NCBI GenBank assembly: GCA_963921275.4
Contig: OZ001293.3
Location: 3,936,001 to 4,000,000, forward strand
Direction of reading: 5' to 3'
DNA: 64,000 bases
Source: an uncultured Hormoscilla sp.
GTDB lineage: Bacteria > Cyanobacteriota > Cyanobacteriia > Cyanobacteriales > Desertifilaceae
A program made the translations under genes and the position numbers. Each line of letters begins with the position of its first letter. Position 1 is the first letter of the stretch. The notes under the pieces were generated by a model. It was given only the letters and a program-made list of their open reading frames with translations, was not told the origin of the DNA and ran no database searches. Shown here piece by piece: positions 1-12,332 of the stretch.

Positions 1-280
1 GATGGACAACTGTAAAATTCATAAGGGAGATGTAATCCGGCAAGCCATTGAGAACGTGGGGGCACGGTTAGTCTATCTTCCTCCTTATTCACCGGACTTC
101 TCTCAAGCATGAAAATTTTTGGTCAAAACTGAAGAGTTATCTCAAAAAACTGGAAGCCAGAACCTATCGGGCCCTCGTAGATGCCATTCAGGAAGGCTTT
201 GCTACCATCAGCCAACAAGATATCTACAACTGGTTCACCCACTGCTGCTACTGTACCTCACAATTTTGAGAAATGCTATA
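1..280 (+). mobile_element. IS630-family element, 3' end (transposase pseudogene fragment plus right end)
   Basis: Translates as MDNCKIHKG...LVYLPPYSPDF..*NFWSKLKSYLKK...WFTHCCYCTSQF*, the IS630 DDE C-terminus with an internal stop. Ends GAGAAATGCTATA. Closely similar to the minus-strand copy at 60453-60650. Confidence 0.85.
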
Positions 281-2065
281 TGTCACCTTGGCGGAAACGG
301 ATAGTCCTGCTGGGTGGCGACAGCATCGGGCTCGTGGTGGGGTTTTAATTGATGTAGAATCTAATGAAGTCTTGCTGCGGGAACTTTCTATGCCCCATTC
401 TCTCCGCTGGTATCGCGAACAGTTATGGTTGTTGGAGTCAGGTAACGGTTCTCTGGCAAAGGTTGACTTGAGTAATGGGAAACTTCATACTGTTACTAGC
501 TTGCCGGGGTTTACTCGCGGCCTGGACTTCTGGGGGGATCTGGCCTTTGTCGGGTTGTCCCAAGTTCGGGAACGGGCGGTGTTTACCGGTCTGCCTATTA
601 CCGAACTGACGGAACGGATCTGTGGGGTCTGGGCGGTACATATAGAAACTGGGGAAACGGTGGCATTTCTCAAGTTTACTGCGGGCGTTGAAGAAATATT
701 TGCGGTGTCGGTTTTGTTTTGCCCCAGACTCGCTTTCCGAAAATTGTAGACTGGAACGAACCTTTGTTGCGCACCTCCTATGTTTTGCCCGATGAGGCCC
801 TCGCCGAAACGGTGAATATGACGGCAGCGCAAGTTGAAGGGAAAAAGTTATTACTGCGCGGCAATGTTTTATATAATCAAGGGAAGCTTGCTGAGGCGAT
901 CGCCTGCTATCGGGAGTCCTTGGAATGGCAAGCTGATTTCGGACAGGCAAGATACAATCTGGGGGTCGCTTTGGGTGATAATGAGGAATATGATGAGGCG
1001 ATCGCCTGCTTGCAGGAGGTCATCGAAAAAGAACCGGACAATGCTGATGCCCATAATAGTCTGGGTTTTGTCTACAGTCAAAAGCGGGAGTTGTCAAAGG
1101 CGATCGGCCATTATGAAACGGCAATCCGATTCAACGCCACCTTTGCCAAGGCTCATTTTAACCTGGGCATGACCCTGTTGCAAATGGGAGAATTTCAGAG
1201 AGGATGGGCGGAAAGCGAATGGCGCTGGCAAACCGCACAGTTTACTCCCTTCAAATGTCCCCAACCTCGATGGGATGGTAAGGAGATCCTGGATAAAACT
1301 CTCTTGGTCCATACGGAACAAGGGGCCGAGGATGCCATGCAATTCATTCGCTACATTCCTTTAGTGGCGCGGCGCTGTCAGCGGGTTATTCTGGTCTGCA
1401 TGCCGGAATTAACTCCCTTATTTGCTACTAGGTGGGGTATCGACGAAATTAAACCCCCCGGAGAAATTGGGATCGAAGAATTTGATGCCTATGTTCCTTT
1501 GATGAGTCTTCCTTACCTCTTGGAGACGACTGCTGATACTATCCCTGCTACTATACCTTATCTCGCCGTACTGGCATCTTACCTCGACAAGCACCCATTG
1601 CCTGCTACCGATCTCCTGAAGGTGGGAATTGCTTGGGGCGGAAGTCCTACCCACAAAAACGATCGCCACCGTTCCTGCAAGTTAACGGATTTTCTCCCTA
1701 TTTTACAGACTCCGGGGATTGATTTCTACAGTCTGCAAAAGGGCGATCGTGCCTCCGAGTTAAAGGCTCTTCCCTCCGAGATCCAGATAGCAGACTTAAG
1801 CGAACAGTTACAAGACTATGGGGATACCGCTGCTATTATCAGTTAACTGGATTTGGTCGTCAGCGTCGATACCTCTGTAGTTCATCTGGCGGGGGCTTTA
1901 GGAAAAACTGTATGGACCCTCTTGTGTTTTAATTCTGACTGGCGCTGGATGGTAACAGGTTCGGAGTCTCCTTGGTATCCCACTATGAAATTATTCCGTC
2001 AGTCCCAACCGGATGATTGGCATTCTGTCTTTGCGCAAGTACGGAATGCTTTATCGAAATATTGA
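279..2065 (+). pseudogene. TIGR03032-family / TPR / glycosyltransferase-like fusion, disrupted
   Basis: LSMPHSLRWY...LPGFTRGLDF (TIGR03032-like), then TPRs, then WDGK...EQGxxDxxQFIRY and VVSVDTSVVHLAGALG...WRW. The 5' end is cut by the IS630, with a frameshift near 715-750 and an in-frame stop at 1844-1846. Confidence 0.8.
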
Positions 2066-2145
2066 CAAGAAACCGGGTTTCTGTAATTATTTTGGCTACG
2101 ATAGCCAGATTTGTTTAAAGAAACTCGGTTTCACCGACCCCCGCG

Positions 2146-2755
2146 ACAGGGGTAGGTTTTTTACATTAACGATATAATTCCGAACAGATAAGGGAGACAA
2201 GGAGGGAAAGTGGACAAGGAAGAAAACATTTTTACATTAACGATATAATTCCGAACAGATAAAGGAGACAAGGAGGAAAAGTGGATAAGGAAGAAAACAA
2301 AAAAAATATAAAAACTCATGAATATCTAATCATCTATCAAAAAGCGTTTGATGCTGCGATGAAGATTTTTGAATTATCAAAGCATTTACCCGCTGAAGAA
2401 ATATATTCTATTACCGCTCAAATTAGACGATCGTCTCCTTCAGTTTGTGCTAATTTCGCCAAAAGAGAAAAAGAAGGTATAAAGCAGCATTTGTAGCCAA
2501 ATTAAATGATTGTGAAGCAGAAAGTGCAGAAACTAAAATTTGGCTAAAATTAGCCTTAAATGTCAATATATCTATCGAAAAAAGAAGATAATTATATAGT
2601 ATATATAATCAAATTTTAAGTGGATTAGTTAAAATGATTAATCATCGGTGAAAGTTGGTTAATTGGTTGAGGAATATCCTATCTTGTATCATTTTTCTCT
2701 TCCTTTTCTTCCTTGTCACCTTGTCTTGTCACTTTTGTAAAAAACCTAGCCTTGT
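2146..2755. mobile_element. Inverted-repeat-bounded cassette carrying a four-helix-bundle gene
   Basis: ACAGGGGTAGGTTTTTTACA (2146-2165) and TGTAAAAAACCTAGCCTTGT (2736-2755) form an 18/20 inverted repeat. GACAAGG and CCTTGTC repeats lie inside, plus a 71-bp internal tandem duplication. Confidence 0.5.
2281..2651 (+). pseudogene. Four helix bundle protein (23S rRNA IVP-like family), frameshifted
   Basis: LIIYQKAFDAAMKIFELSKHLPAEEIYSITAQIRRSSxSVCAN, continuing in another frame as RRYKAAFVAKLNDCEAESAETKIWL. Confidence 0.8.
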
Positions 2756-2861
2756 AAGGGGTAGGCACCGCTCACCACCATCGCCTTAGCCTATACCGGG
2801 GTTTCTGGGCGGCTCACCCAAAGCGCGATCGCAGCCGCACGAGCGGCGATCGCGCCCCACA

Positions 2862-3626
2862 TCAATCGAGAGAGTCTGGGTCAATATTGAGCTCGCGCAG
2901 TTTTGCTGCTAGCCGTTCGGCTCGCTGTTGAGCTGCGGCTGCTTCCTCCTGAGGCGTCAAAATCAATTCACCTGAGGATGTAAACCACCGCAACCACAGA
3001 CGGTTAGTACCTTTATAACTCCCCCGCCACAAGCCTAAACTCAGCTCCAGCCGTTTAATCGGCAAACGCCCATTACTCAACGAAGCATGTTCGTATTGAC
3101 CAGCTACTAGATGAAATGCCTGAAATTTATCTTTTTGCCGACTGAAAACTATGTAGTAAGGCACTCGCAGAATTTGCTCGTATACTTCCCACTTCGTAGG
3201 CGGGTTTCCCGGTTGGCGCACCGTCCGTCCCAAATCTTCATTTTCCGTACTGGGGGATAATAGCTCAATTATCACAAATGGACTCACCAGTTCTTGCCAC
3301 ATCACGTAGCTATCCCGCAGATCGCGACCGTCGTAGAGTCGCTCTACTCCCACCACCGCAAACCAATCCGGGCGTTTGTACCAATTCAGATTGCGGCGAT
3401 CGTAGTAAATGTTGAGGTCAGATGCCACAAGCACTTGCTCCGAGGTAAAATTCGGAGGTTGGAAAGTGTCTTCCAACAGCGTTGACTGTAGTCCGTGATA
3501 TTGGTCCGGCATGGAGATATCCTCGGGATCTTCGCTGGGCAGGTCGTACATTGTCGGCAAGGTCTGCCGAGGTGAAAGAGGCGGATGGGATTGGGTGGGT
3601 AGCGTTGCTAAAGAGTTCATTGCCAA
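2862..3626 (-). CDS. Uma2 (DUF820) family endonuclease
   Basis: LPTMYDLPSEDPE, ASDLNIYYD..RPDWFAV, IELLSPSTENED, KWEVYEQILRVPYY motifs. Confidence 0.9.
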   Translation of the reverse strand: MAMNSLATLPTQSHPPLSPRQTLPTMYDLPSEDPEDISMPDQYHGLQSTLLEDTFQPPNFTSEQVLVASDLNIYYDRRNLNWYKRPDWFAVVGVERLYDGRDLRDSYVMWQELVSPFVIIELLSPSTENEDLGRTVRQPGNPPTKWEVYEQILRVPYYIVFSRQKDKFQAFHLVAGQYEHASLSNGRLPIKRLELSLGLWRGSYKGTNRLWLRWFTSSGELILTPQEEAAAAQQRAERLAAKLRELNIDPDSLD

Positions 3627-3721
3627 TCTCCTACTAGGGGGTCTTTTCTATTTTAATGTCCGATCGCGTAGGCGGAGTTTGCAGCCGGGTGCGGTCTTGC
3701 ACCAGTTGCATGAGGGGGCGA

Positions 3722-3870
3722 TCGATGTCTTCGGAGTGTGCGACTATGATGTCCCCCGAGTTTCGACGATGCCTGATGGGTTGCCTGCGTTGCATCCCTC
3801 AGGCATCGAAGTGCGTCCCGGGTTTCGCCGTGCGTCCGGGGGACATCAAGCGCGCAGAGTGCATCGAAGG
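3722..3870. repeat. Nested hairpin dispersed repeat
   Basis: GATGTCCCCCG ... CGGGGGACATC arms and a GTGCGACTA spacer, related to the copies at 23218 and 51080. Confidence 0.6.
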
Positions 3871-3898
3871 CTACGGCATTAATAGCATCGAGCAGTTT

Positions 3899-4036
3899 CT
3901 ACTGAATGCGGCTATGTTGTCCTTGGGGCATGGGCTTTTGTAACACTTGACCGTTGATATACTCACTGGCCGGTTTCCTTTCCGGTAAGGCCAGAAACTC
4001 CTCAAGAGTAAGTTGTTTGATTGGAGTCTGAACCAT
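3899..4036 (-). pseudogene. Uma2 family 5' fragment
   Basis: MVQTPIKQLTLEEFLALPERKPASEYINGQVLQKPMPQGQHSRIQ*; truncated. Confidence 0.8.
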
Positions 4037-4451
4037 TGGCAATTCTATCCCTTTTAGTTTCTTATGCTTCTGCTCGCGCCAGTAGCCGCTGCCGTGACCC
4101 CGATCGCGTAGGACACGTAGCCCTGTGCGCGCAGCGCAATCGCCCGACACCCGCTCAAACTATGGTATCATATCTGGTACGAGATGGGGCGATCGCCCTT
4201 TTCGCCTCCAAACCTATCAGCTAGCGCAAGCCTGCTGTTGGGTAGTTTACACTATCGAATCCGGCGGTGAGAAACTGGTTTCTGAGTACACACGACTTTC
4301 GCCTCGCCGAGATAAGAAACCCGGTTTCGCCGGCGAAACCGGGTTTCTGGGTAGACACAAGTAGACCTGTTAAAATTGAGAGCCTTGATGTCTCCTGAGC
4401 GACTGCAACAAATTGTCTGAGGTCGCCGTTCAGGGTGCATCTGCTTACCTA

Positions 4452-4730
4452 TTAATGTTTACCCGAGAAACGCTTGACTACACCCAAAGTTCCAATGGCG
4501 ATTAGACCGAGAACCGCAGAAGGTTCTGGAACTTTTTGTGGAACTTCCTCCATAGCGAACAGATAAACCGAACCACTGTCACTCCCGTTGTGGTCCTCCA
4601 AATGTGAGCCAATCAGCGCCGAGTTCCCATCGAGTGCTACTGGGAAACCGAACTGGTAGCCATTAGCACCGTCGGGAGCAATAAATTTTTGGAGGAAGTC
4701 GCCACGGGTGCTGTCACAAGTAGTTGATAA
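4452..4730 (-). pseudogene. FG-GAP repeat / PEP-CTERM protein, C-terminal remnant
   Basis: Manual translation: QKFIAPDGANGYQFGFPVALDGNSALIGSHLEDHNGSDSGSVYLF...KVPEPSAVLGLIAIGTLGVVKRFSGKH*. No start codon in frame. Confidence 0.75.
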
Positions 4731-5456
4731 TCAAATAGACTCATAACCTGGTTTCTGCATCCTACCCGATATCTCCGGATAATAAAGGAGAAATAAGAGA
4801 TCCAAAAGCAGGTATTTCCGACTGGCGATATGTAACTGTCTGAACATGAGATGGTTCTGTACAAACATGGTCATTAAAAACATATTTTTTACTAAATAAC
4901 TTTATTTTTTTGTTTTTTTTACCTATTTTTTAATTTATAATTACCTATTTTTGACTTAGTATTGTCAATACTTTGCCCAGTATTAGCTATTTTAGACCCA
5001 GTATTAGCTATCATGAGCCCATGATCGTCTATAATAAATTTTTTCAGATCATTAAAAGGTATGATAGCCTTGCCTGCATTGGTTTCTAGCGTTCGGCAAG
5101 CTTCCAATTTTTCCTAATAAGCAATTTTTTTTGACAATCATTATCTATTTTCTCAATTAGAGGCGATCGCATATTCTTGAGAAGGGATAGCGTTTCCCCT
5201 TGAGAGGGAAGAACTCACGTTGAATTTGGTTTCGGCGAAACCAAATAGCCAATTTGCCGTCCAATGGCATAACTTTATTACCCTAGATTAAAAGCTAGAA
5301 ACCGGGTTTCTGGGGGTGTGGTCAAAACCCGTTGATCGTTCATGGGCTCTCCCAGTCGCCGGATCCCCCCAAACCCCCCCTGGAGTCGGCTACGGTGTAC
5401 ACACAAGTCGAATCTAAGCTAGTTTCCATCCCAGAAAGATGGAATCAAAGCGTCGT

Positions 5457-6327
5457 GGATGGGGTCGAGCCGGGAATCGCTTCCCGACCCTCCCTTTCGG
5501 AACCGGACTTGCGATTTTCACCGCATCCGGCTACTGGGTACTAGGCCCTTTTCATAGGTAGACTTAATAGGAATTACTTCCGTTAGCCCTTGCCGCCTGT
5601 CTTTTCTTCCCTTTCCTGGTTTAGCGAGTGGTTGTTCTGATAACCGTTAGTATCACCATTTTCAAGTCAGTTTTACCAGTTATCCATACCTTATCCTCCA
5701 CTTGCGTTTCGGATTAGTTCCGTGGCTTTTTAGGATTACTCATTCCAGCAGCTTCCTAGTATCACCGATTCACGTCAGCGCTGGCTACCCAGCATCATCT
5801 ACATTACTGTAGATGTTATCCCAGGAATTACCCCGGGCATTCGCTTCTTGGGCCATCCCTCCCCCCGTGGCTTGCGCTTAACATCTAACTTGTCCTGATG
5901 GACAGCACACGAGAGGTTACTTCGTTCCCTAACAACATTTCGCGATACCTTTAGGTCCACACTATACCCCGGGAGCTATTTGAGTACTATATTAGCCAGA
6001 GTCTAAAACTAATACTAGCTACCATTTCCTTTTTAGGCCAGCGCATATAGCCTTATTTCGCTGGTTCCTTATAACGAGGCTTGCACATGTTTGCCTGCTC
6101 TAACCTTGGATATCTTTCCTAGCGGCGTCACCGGCTTAGGCTGCCAGTTATCCTACATTTGAGTCCTCGCTTAGCACCACGATGATGTCGCTTCGTAGCA
6201 CCGAGGACCGGTGTCACCCCCGTACCTGGGGGGAGGGGAATTTAACCCCCATGCGGTCAGAGTTCCCGGCTAATGAAACCGGGCTAGCGTTCCGTGTTTG
6301 ACCACGTTAGGCTAGAACGAATCGCAC
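5457..6327 (-). mobile_element. ORF-less group II intron, family A copy 1 (871 nt)
   Basis: 5' GTGCGATTCGTT, D5 TAGCCGGATGCGGTGAAAATCGCAAGTCCGGTTC, D6 hairpin with bulged A. Removing it restores the transposase tail. Confidence 0.93.
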
Positions 6328-6665
6328 AGACCCTTTATTAGGGTAGACATTCCTGGAGGACGTTGTGAGTTGATCTCGCTGGTATCGCTGATGGCTAATA
6401 TATGCAACCCTTTTACTTGCTGCTGGCAATGGTCTCCCAGACTTTTGACTAACTCTGAAACTCTCACGTTCTCATTATTTAGAAACCAATAGTAACTGAC
6501 CCTGCTCAGCCAGATTTTCACTGATTTGACGAATATTCAGAGATTGATGTTTCTGTATGGTTTCATACAATGCAGCCCCCTTTCTTTCTAGGCGAGGAGC
6601 TCGGCTGGTCTGTCAATTTGTTCGGCGTGTATTAAGATGGGGTTGTCCAGTATCTACTCCTCTTT

Positions 6666-7500
<835 letters not shown>

Positions 7501-7594
7501 TGCGCTGTTTCTAGTTTAGACTCGACTTGTGTGTACACGGGAGCCGAAATTCGGGGGGTTTGGGGGTCGGGGGGTTTGGGGGTCGGGGGGTTTG

Positions 7595-7723
7595 GCGGCT
7601 ATGTTGTCCTTGGGGCATTGGCTTTTGTAACACTTGACCCTTGATATACTCGCTGGCCGGTTTCGTTTCCGGTAAGGCCAGAAACTCCTCAAGAGTAAAT
7701 TGTTTGATTGGAGTCTGAACCAT
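7595..7723 (-). pseudogene. Uma2 family 5' fragment (second copy)
   Basis: MVQTPIKQFTLEEFLALPETKPASEYIKGQVLQKPMPQGQHSR; near-duplicate of 3908-4036. Confidence 0.8.
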
Positions 7724-7772
7724 TGGCAATTCTATCCCTTTTAGTCATACCATTTTGTCAAACTTAGTTCTT

Positions 7773-7860
7773 CGTAGGTTGGGTTGACGTGAGGAAACCC
7801 AACCAGAGATTAGGCCAACAGCAGCGTTCGGTTGGGTTTCGTGCCTCAACCCAACCTACA
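7773..7860. repeat. GTAG-type REP-like palindromes
   Basis: GTAGGTTGGGTT...AACCCAAC and GTTGGGTTTC...AACCCAACCTAC. Related copies near 54469 and 59168. Confidence 0.7.
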
Positions 7861-8138
7861 GATGATAAAATTTTTATTATGGGCATTTAATCGGACATGA
7901 TATAAATACTTTTTCTACAAGGTTTTCAGTCGGTTTTAACCGACTTTAGCTATTAGCCGGGGGTTTTAAGATACTGTAGGGTAATTAACCGGGGTGTCAC
8001 ACCCCCCAGAGTTTCCTAAGCCCCACCAATAAAGGACTTTCTCCCTGCTCCCTGCTCCCTGCTCTAGAACGTCGAAATCTCGTAATTCGCCCACAGCATC
8101 TTTTAACCCCCGGCGGTCTAACAGCGAAGTTACTTAAA

Positions 8139-9131
8139 TTAACCACTATAACGAGGACGCCCCAAGGTAGTAATGTAAACAACCGCCTCATCTGCAGGAA
8201 TGCCTAAAACATCGTTAACCTGGTCGTCAAAAAAGCCCCCGATGCCGCTAACCCCTAAACTGAGGTAGATGGCAGCTAGGTTCAACCTTTGCCCCAGATG
8301 ACCCGCATCCATGTGCAGGTAGCGATACACCCGATCGCCATATTTCTCCACAGCTTTTTGCAAATCAGTGGTATGAAATAAAACCACCCCTGCATCCCGT
8401 CCCAAATCTTGCCCCAGACATAAATAATGCAACTGTTGTCGGAAGTTCTTAAACCGAATTTGTCGGAGTTCCTGAGCTTTGGGCGCATAATAATAGCAGC
8501 CTTCTTCTAATCCTGTCACCCCAGAAACCGCAATAAAGGTTTCTAGTAAACTCAAATCAAAATAGTCGGGATCGCCATCTAACCCCTGGTCGAGGTAATG
8601 TTGAGGTTGATAGGTAAAGTCCAACAAGGCTTTCAGTTCCTCTAAGGTTAAGTCGCCACCAGTGTAGGCACGGGTAGAACGGCGCTTGAGAATGGTTTGT
8701 TCTAAGTTTTTCTGGTTGTCTTTTAAAGCGATCGGGGTCATGGCAGTAGACACCTTCAGACAAAATGGGAAATTATATTTATCTTCCCCTGTTTCCTCAT
8801 CAGCAGCCTCCTGCCAATTGACAGAATCATGAGTATCTGACTTAATCTCAGTAGCGCCATGGAGGTATGCTAGCAGTTCCCCATCCCGGATGCGAGGATA
8901 TTCCCTTTGGATGTCCGAAAACAAAGCTGTTCTGTAGGAGGGGAGGGACTCTTCTGTCAGGGGAATCACGGCGATCGCCCCTTCCTGTTGCGAGTCTAAA
9001 TATAGCAGGTCATTCACCTGGCGATCAACAAACCCGCCAATCAAGCGAACTCGGTAGCCATTCAACGCTCCTGCCAATTCTATATTACCCAGCAGATGAC
9101 CAGTGTCGAGAAAAATCCGCCGGTAGGTGAC
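8139..9131 (-). pseudogene. SagB/ThcOx-family nitroreductase-like dehydrogenase, 5'-truncated
   Basis: TYRRIFLDTGHLLGNIELA, ILKRRSTRAY, YRYLHMDAGHLGQRLNLAA, GIGGFFDD. No plausible start; the 5' half is missing and the remnant abuts a divergent gene. Confidence 0.8.
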
Positions 9132-9153
9132 AGCACGATCGATAGCAAGTAAG

Positions 9154-9843
9154 ATGGAGCCAAAGATCAGCGCAGAGGAATTACTGGCTCAATATGCCAA
9201 GGGCGAACGAAACTTTGAGGGCATTGACTTAGAAGAGGCTGATTTATTTGAAGCGGATTTACGGGAAATTAACCTCAAGGGTAGTAATCTCACGCAAGTA
9301 TACCTACCTTATGCTAATCTGAGTCAAGCTTCTCTGCAAGCAGCTCAATTTCAGCAGGCGCAACTTGGAGATGCCCAACTCTATAATGTGAATTTATCAG
9401 GGGCTATGCTTCGGGGCGCTATCTTTCCAGAGCTAATCTCCGTTATGCTAATTTGCGGGGTGCTGACCTGTCAGGTGCCAATTTGCAGGGTGCAGACTTG
9501 TCTAAGGCCGATCTAGGTGGTGCCGATCTCAGCAAAGCTAATTTCAGTAGAGTGAATTTAGAGAATGCTAATCGGGTGCATCCCAGTTTTGCAAATTGAG
9601 CATCGAGAATTGAGAATTGAGAATCGAGATAGGGGCTATTTTCCATTCTCCATTCGCAATTAGCTATTCGCAATTAGCCGTGTTTCATGCAAAAATACAA
9701 AAGTGAGATGCTCCTATGCTAATCTGGCAGAGGCCCAGTTGCGTAGCACTAACTTTTTTAATGCACAAAATGTTAATTTTGTCAAGGCTGACCTTGATGA
9801 AACGACCATTTTTCCCGATGGACACTGGCAAAGTATCTCTTAA
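9154..9843 (+). pseudogene. Pentapeptide repeat protein, frameshifted and MITE-interrupted
   Basis: ELLAQYAKGERNF plus A(D/N)Lxx repeats, frameshift near 9420. After MITE removal it reads ENANLAEAQL...TIFPDGHWQSIS*. Confidence 0.85.
9574..9715. mobile_element. MITE (142 bp) with 9-bp target duplication
   Basis: Ends GGGTGCATCCCAGTTTTG / CAAAAGTGAGATGCTCCT. ATGCTAATC at 9565-9573 and 9716-9724. Confidence 0.85.
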
Positions 9844-9846
9844 GGG

Positions 9847-10020
9847 CAGTGGTCAGTGGTCAGTTGTATTAGAGGTAGGTGGTCAGTTGTATTAGAGGTA
9901 GGTGGTCAGTTGTATTAGAGGTAGGTGGTCAGTAGTCAGTAGTCAGTGGTCAGTAGTCAGTGGTCAGTAGTGGTAAATTAACAACTAACAACTAACAACT
10001 AACAACTAACAACTAACAAC
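9847..10020. repeat. Short tandem repeats (STRR-like heptamers plus a 23-mer x3)
   Basis: AGTGGTC/AGTAGTC units, GGTGGTCAGTTGTATTAGAGGTA x3, then (ACAACTA)n. Confidence 0.85.
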
Positions 10021-10318
10021 GCTAACTGCTGCGAGTAAAACAAAGGCAAAGAAGAATCTGGTCAGGTGATGACAATGAATAACTACCGTGTAGCTCTTGA
10101 GTTTGGGTGACAATTTAGATCGGACTGGTGTGGTGGAGTGGTTTCAAATGAAAGCTGACTCAGACAAGGAAGCCCAGAAGGAGGCTTTTGCTAGCTTGAG
10201 TGCTAAACATGCTCTGGAGTCCGAAAAGTTAAAATAGTGGCAAGTTGTCGTACTTCAGAAACAGCCCTAGTGTCAGCGTGAGGGACTAGAATGAACAATT
10301 AGCAATTGTCTTAACCCT

Positions 10319-10978
10319 ATGCAAATTAAGAGGCGTCATTAATGGCCTACTTCCACCTAGTCGGCAACTGCAATTCAACAACAGCTAGTTCCCGAGGTAA
10401 TTACTACTGACCAGCTAGAGTCGGTGCAGTATGTGGCGGGAGTGGATGTGGGCTTTGTTGATGACGGTGCTACCAGTCGCGCTGCGGTGGCGGTGCTGAG
10501 TTTTCCCAGTCTGGAACTCTCCGAACAGGCGATCGCCCAACGCCCTACTCAATTTCCTTATGTTCCGGGATTTCTCTCTTTCCGAGAAGTACCACCGGTG
10601 GTAGAGGCTTTAGAAAAACTGAACACAACCCCGGACTTAATTTTATGTGATGGTCAAGCTCTGGCTCATCCTCGCCGTTTTGGTCTGGCCTGCCATCTGG
10701 GGGTACTGACTGATATCCCTACCATCGGCGTCGCTAAGTCCCGCTTGATTGGCACTTATGCTGAATTGCCAGTGGAAAAAGGCAGTTGGCAACCCCTCAT
10801 ACATGATGAGGAAATTATTGGCGCTGTACTCAGAACCAGAAGCACTGTCAAACCTCTGTATGTTTCTATTGGTCATCGTGTTAGTCTCCCTACTGCTATA
10901 GATTACGTCCTGCGCTGTACTCGGTCCTATCGTCTCCCAGAGACTACACGGATCGCCGATCGACTGGCCTCCCGATAG
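10319..10978 (+). pseudogene. nfi: Endonuclease V with two premature stops in the N-terminus
   Basis: [19 protein letters not shown], [30 protein letters not shown]. From ATG 10319 there is TAA at 10340 and TAG at 10358. The 184-aa core from GTG 10424 is open. Confidence 0.85.
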
Positions 10979-11032
10979 CTTGGCTGTATGCGCCGCCCTT
11001 TGCAGGTAGTCCGTCGATCCCCCCCTAACCTG

Positions 11033-11293
11033 ACAAGGGTATGTTTTTTACCTTTCGGTTTGTCATCAGGGGTGAGGAACTTACAGGGGTATGTTTTTTA
11101 CCTTTCGGTTTGTCATCAGGGGTGAGGGGGGTGAAGGGGTAAAAGGGTGAGGGGGTGAAGGGGTAAACCGAGAGAATTTCCGGATAATTGTCTAGACAAT
11201 TTATGATATAATATCTGTTCCAACACCCCCACTCCCCCGCTCCCCCATTCTCCCACTCACTTGGATATGGTAAAAAATAAAAACATACCCTTG
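11033..11293. mobile_element. ORF-less element with the same terminal repeats as the four-helix-bundle cassette
   Basis: ACAAGGGTATGTTTTTTACC (duplicated, period 50) on the left and GGTAAAAAA..AAAAACATACCCTTG on the right, with G-rich then C-rich short repeats inside. Confidence 0.5.
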
Positions 11294-11403
11294 AAATTCC
11301 CTGCTAACCACCCTTTGTCTAAGGGGGAAACCCCTCGCCTGTCGCGCAGTCCGGGCATCGATCCCCCCTAACCCCCCTCCCCCCTAACCCCCCTTTGTCT
11401 AAG

Positions 11404-11597
11404 CTTACCTTTACTCACATAATTATTGACAATCTTGAAAGCCTTATGGGGCAAAGGTTTCGAGGTTTTACAACAGCAGGGGGCTTGACTTTTACCGCCA
11501 TCTATGCTGTCCTTACGGGTGCTCCCCTCTCCCTGCTCCCTGCTCGGGTGCTCCCTGCTCCCTGAGAAATGTTAAGAAATATGTGAGTAAGGCATAG
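11404..11597. mobile_element. MITE (194 bp) with 10-bp target duplication
   Basis: Ends CTTACCTTTACTCACATA / TATGTGAGTAAGGCATAG. TTTGTCTAAG at 11394-11403 and 11598-11607. An empty target hairpin CCCCTTTGTCTAAGGGGG is at about 11311. Confidence 0.85.
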
Positions 11598-11762
11598 TTT
11601 GTCTAAGGGGGAACCCCTCGCCTGTCGGGAGGCCGAATGGTCGGGACTAGCCAAAAACTTCCCAGAAGACCGATGTACTCTATAACTGATATATGATAAC
11701 ATTAGATAGCATCAGGCTGAATGTAACCCAACGGGCATAAGTTTTACTAAAAAGTGGGTTTT

Positions 11763-12332
11763 ATGACAGATAATCAATCGATACGCTTGCAATTTAAACT
11801 CGATCGCTCCTATATCGCCATTTACCATGAAGATAGGGAAGTGGGATTTTGTACGCCGGAATTTGCGGACTTAATTGTGGAAGCATTAAATGAAAACGAG
11901 CAGTTAGACGAAGAGAATGAAACGATCAATAAAGCACTGCAAATGGCTTGTAGGGAATTGCTCAAACGCTCTGGGGGCAAACCGAATCAGGTGAAGCAGC
12001 TGATGCGCAAATACCTGCAAAAAGCTAAACCTTTTAAATATGGCAGTCGCGCGATCGCCTACTTGCTGTGGGACAGGCAAAAGCAACTTGATGTCAGCAA
12101 TCATGAATTTATTCGTTTCTGCGATTCTTACAAATTGTCTCCTCAAGAACTGCTTGATATTTACAAGGGTAAAGAAGTTACTGATAGTCAGTTAAGAGCA
12201 GTGTCACGGATAGTGGGAAAATCATTTAATGAGTTGGTTTATACGCGGGATGGTTTCTCTAATAATCAAATGAACAAGCTAGCAGGCATACTGGGTACTT
12301 CCAGTCAAGAGTTGGCGGAATTGTTTGAATAA
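11763..12332 (+). CDS. Hypothetical protein (possible C-terminal helix-turn-helix)
   Basis: Open 189-codon frame from ATG; family not recognised. Confidence 0.65.
   Translation: MTDNQSIRLQFKLDRSYIAIYHEDREVGFCTPEFADLIVEALNENEQLDEENETINKALQMACRELLKRSGGKPNQVKQLMRKYLQKAKPFKYGSRAIAYLLWDRQKQLDVSNHEFIRFCDSYKLSPQELLDIYKGKEVTDSQLRAVSRIVGKSFNELVYTRDGFSNNQMNKLAGILGTSSQELAELFE

Noticed and set aside
5332..5544. Repeated peptide DGVEPGIASRPSL..PHPATGY (also the tail of ORF 14965-15357)
   Set aside because: It is the antisense translation of intron D5/D6, not a protein domain.
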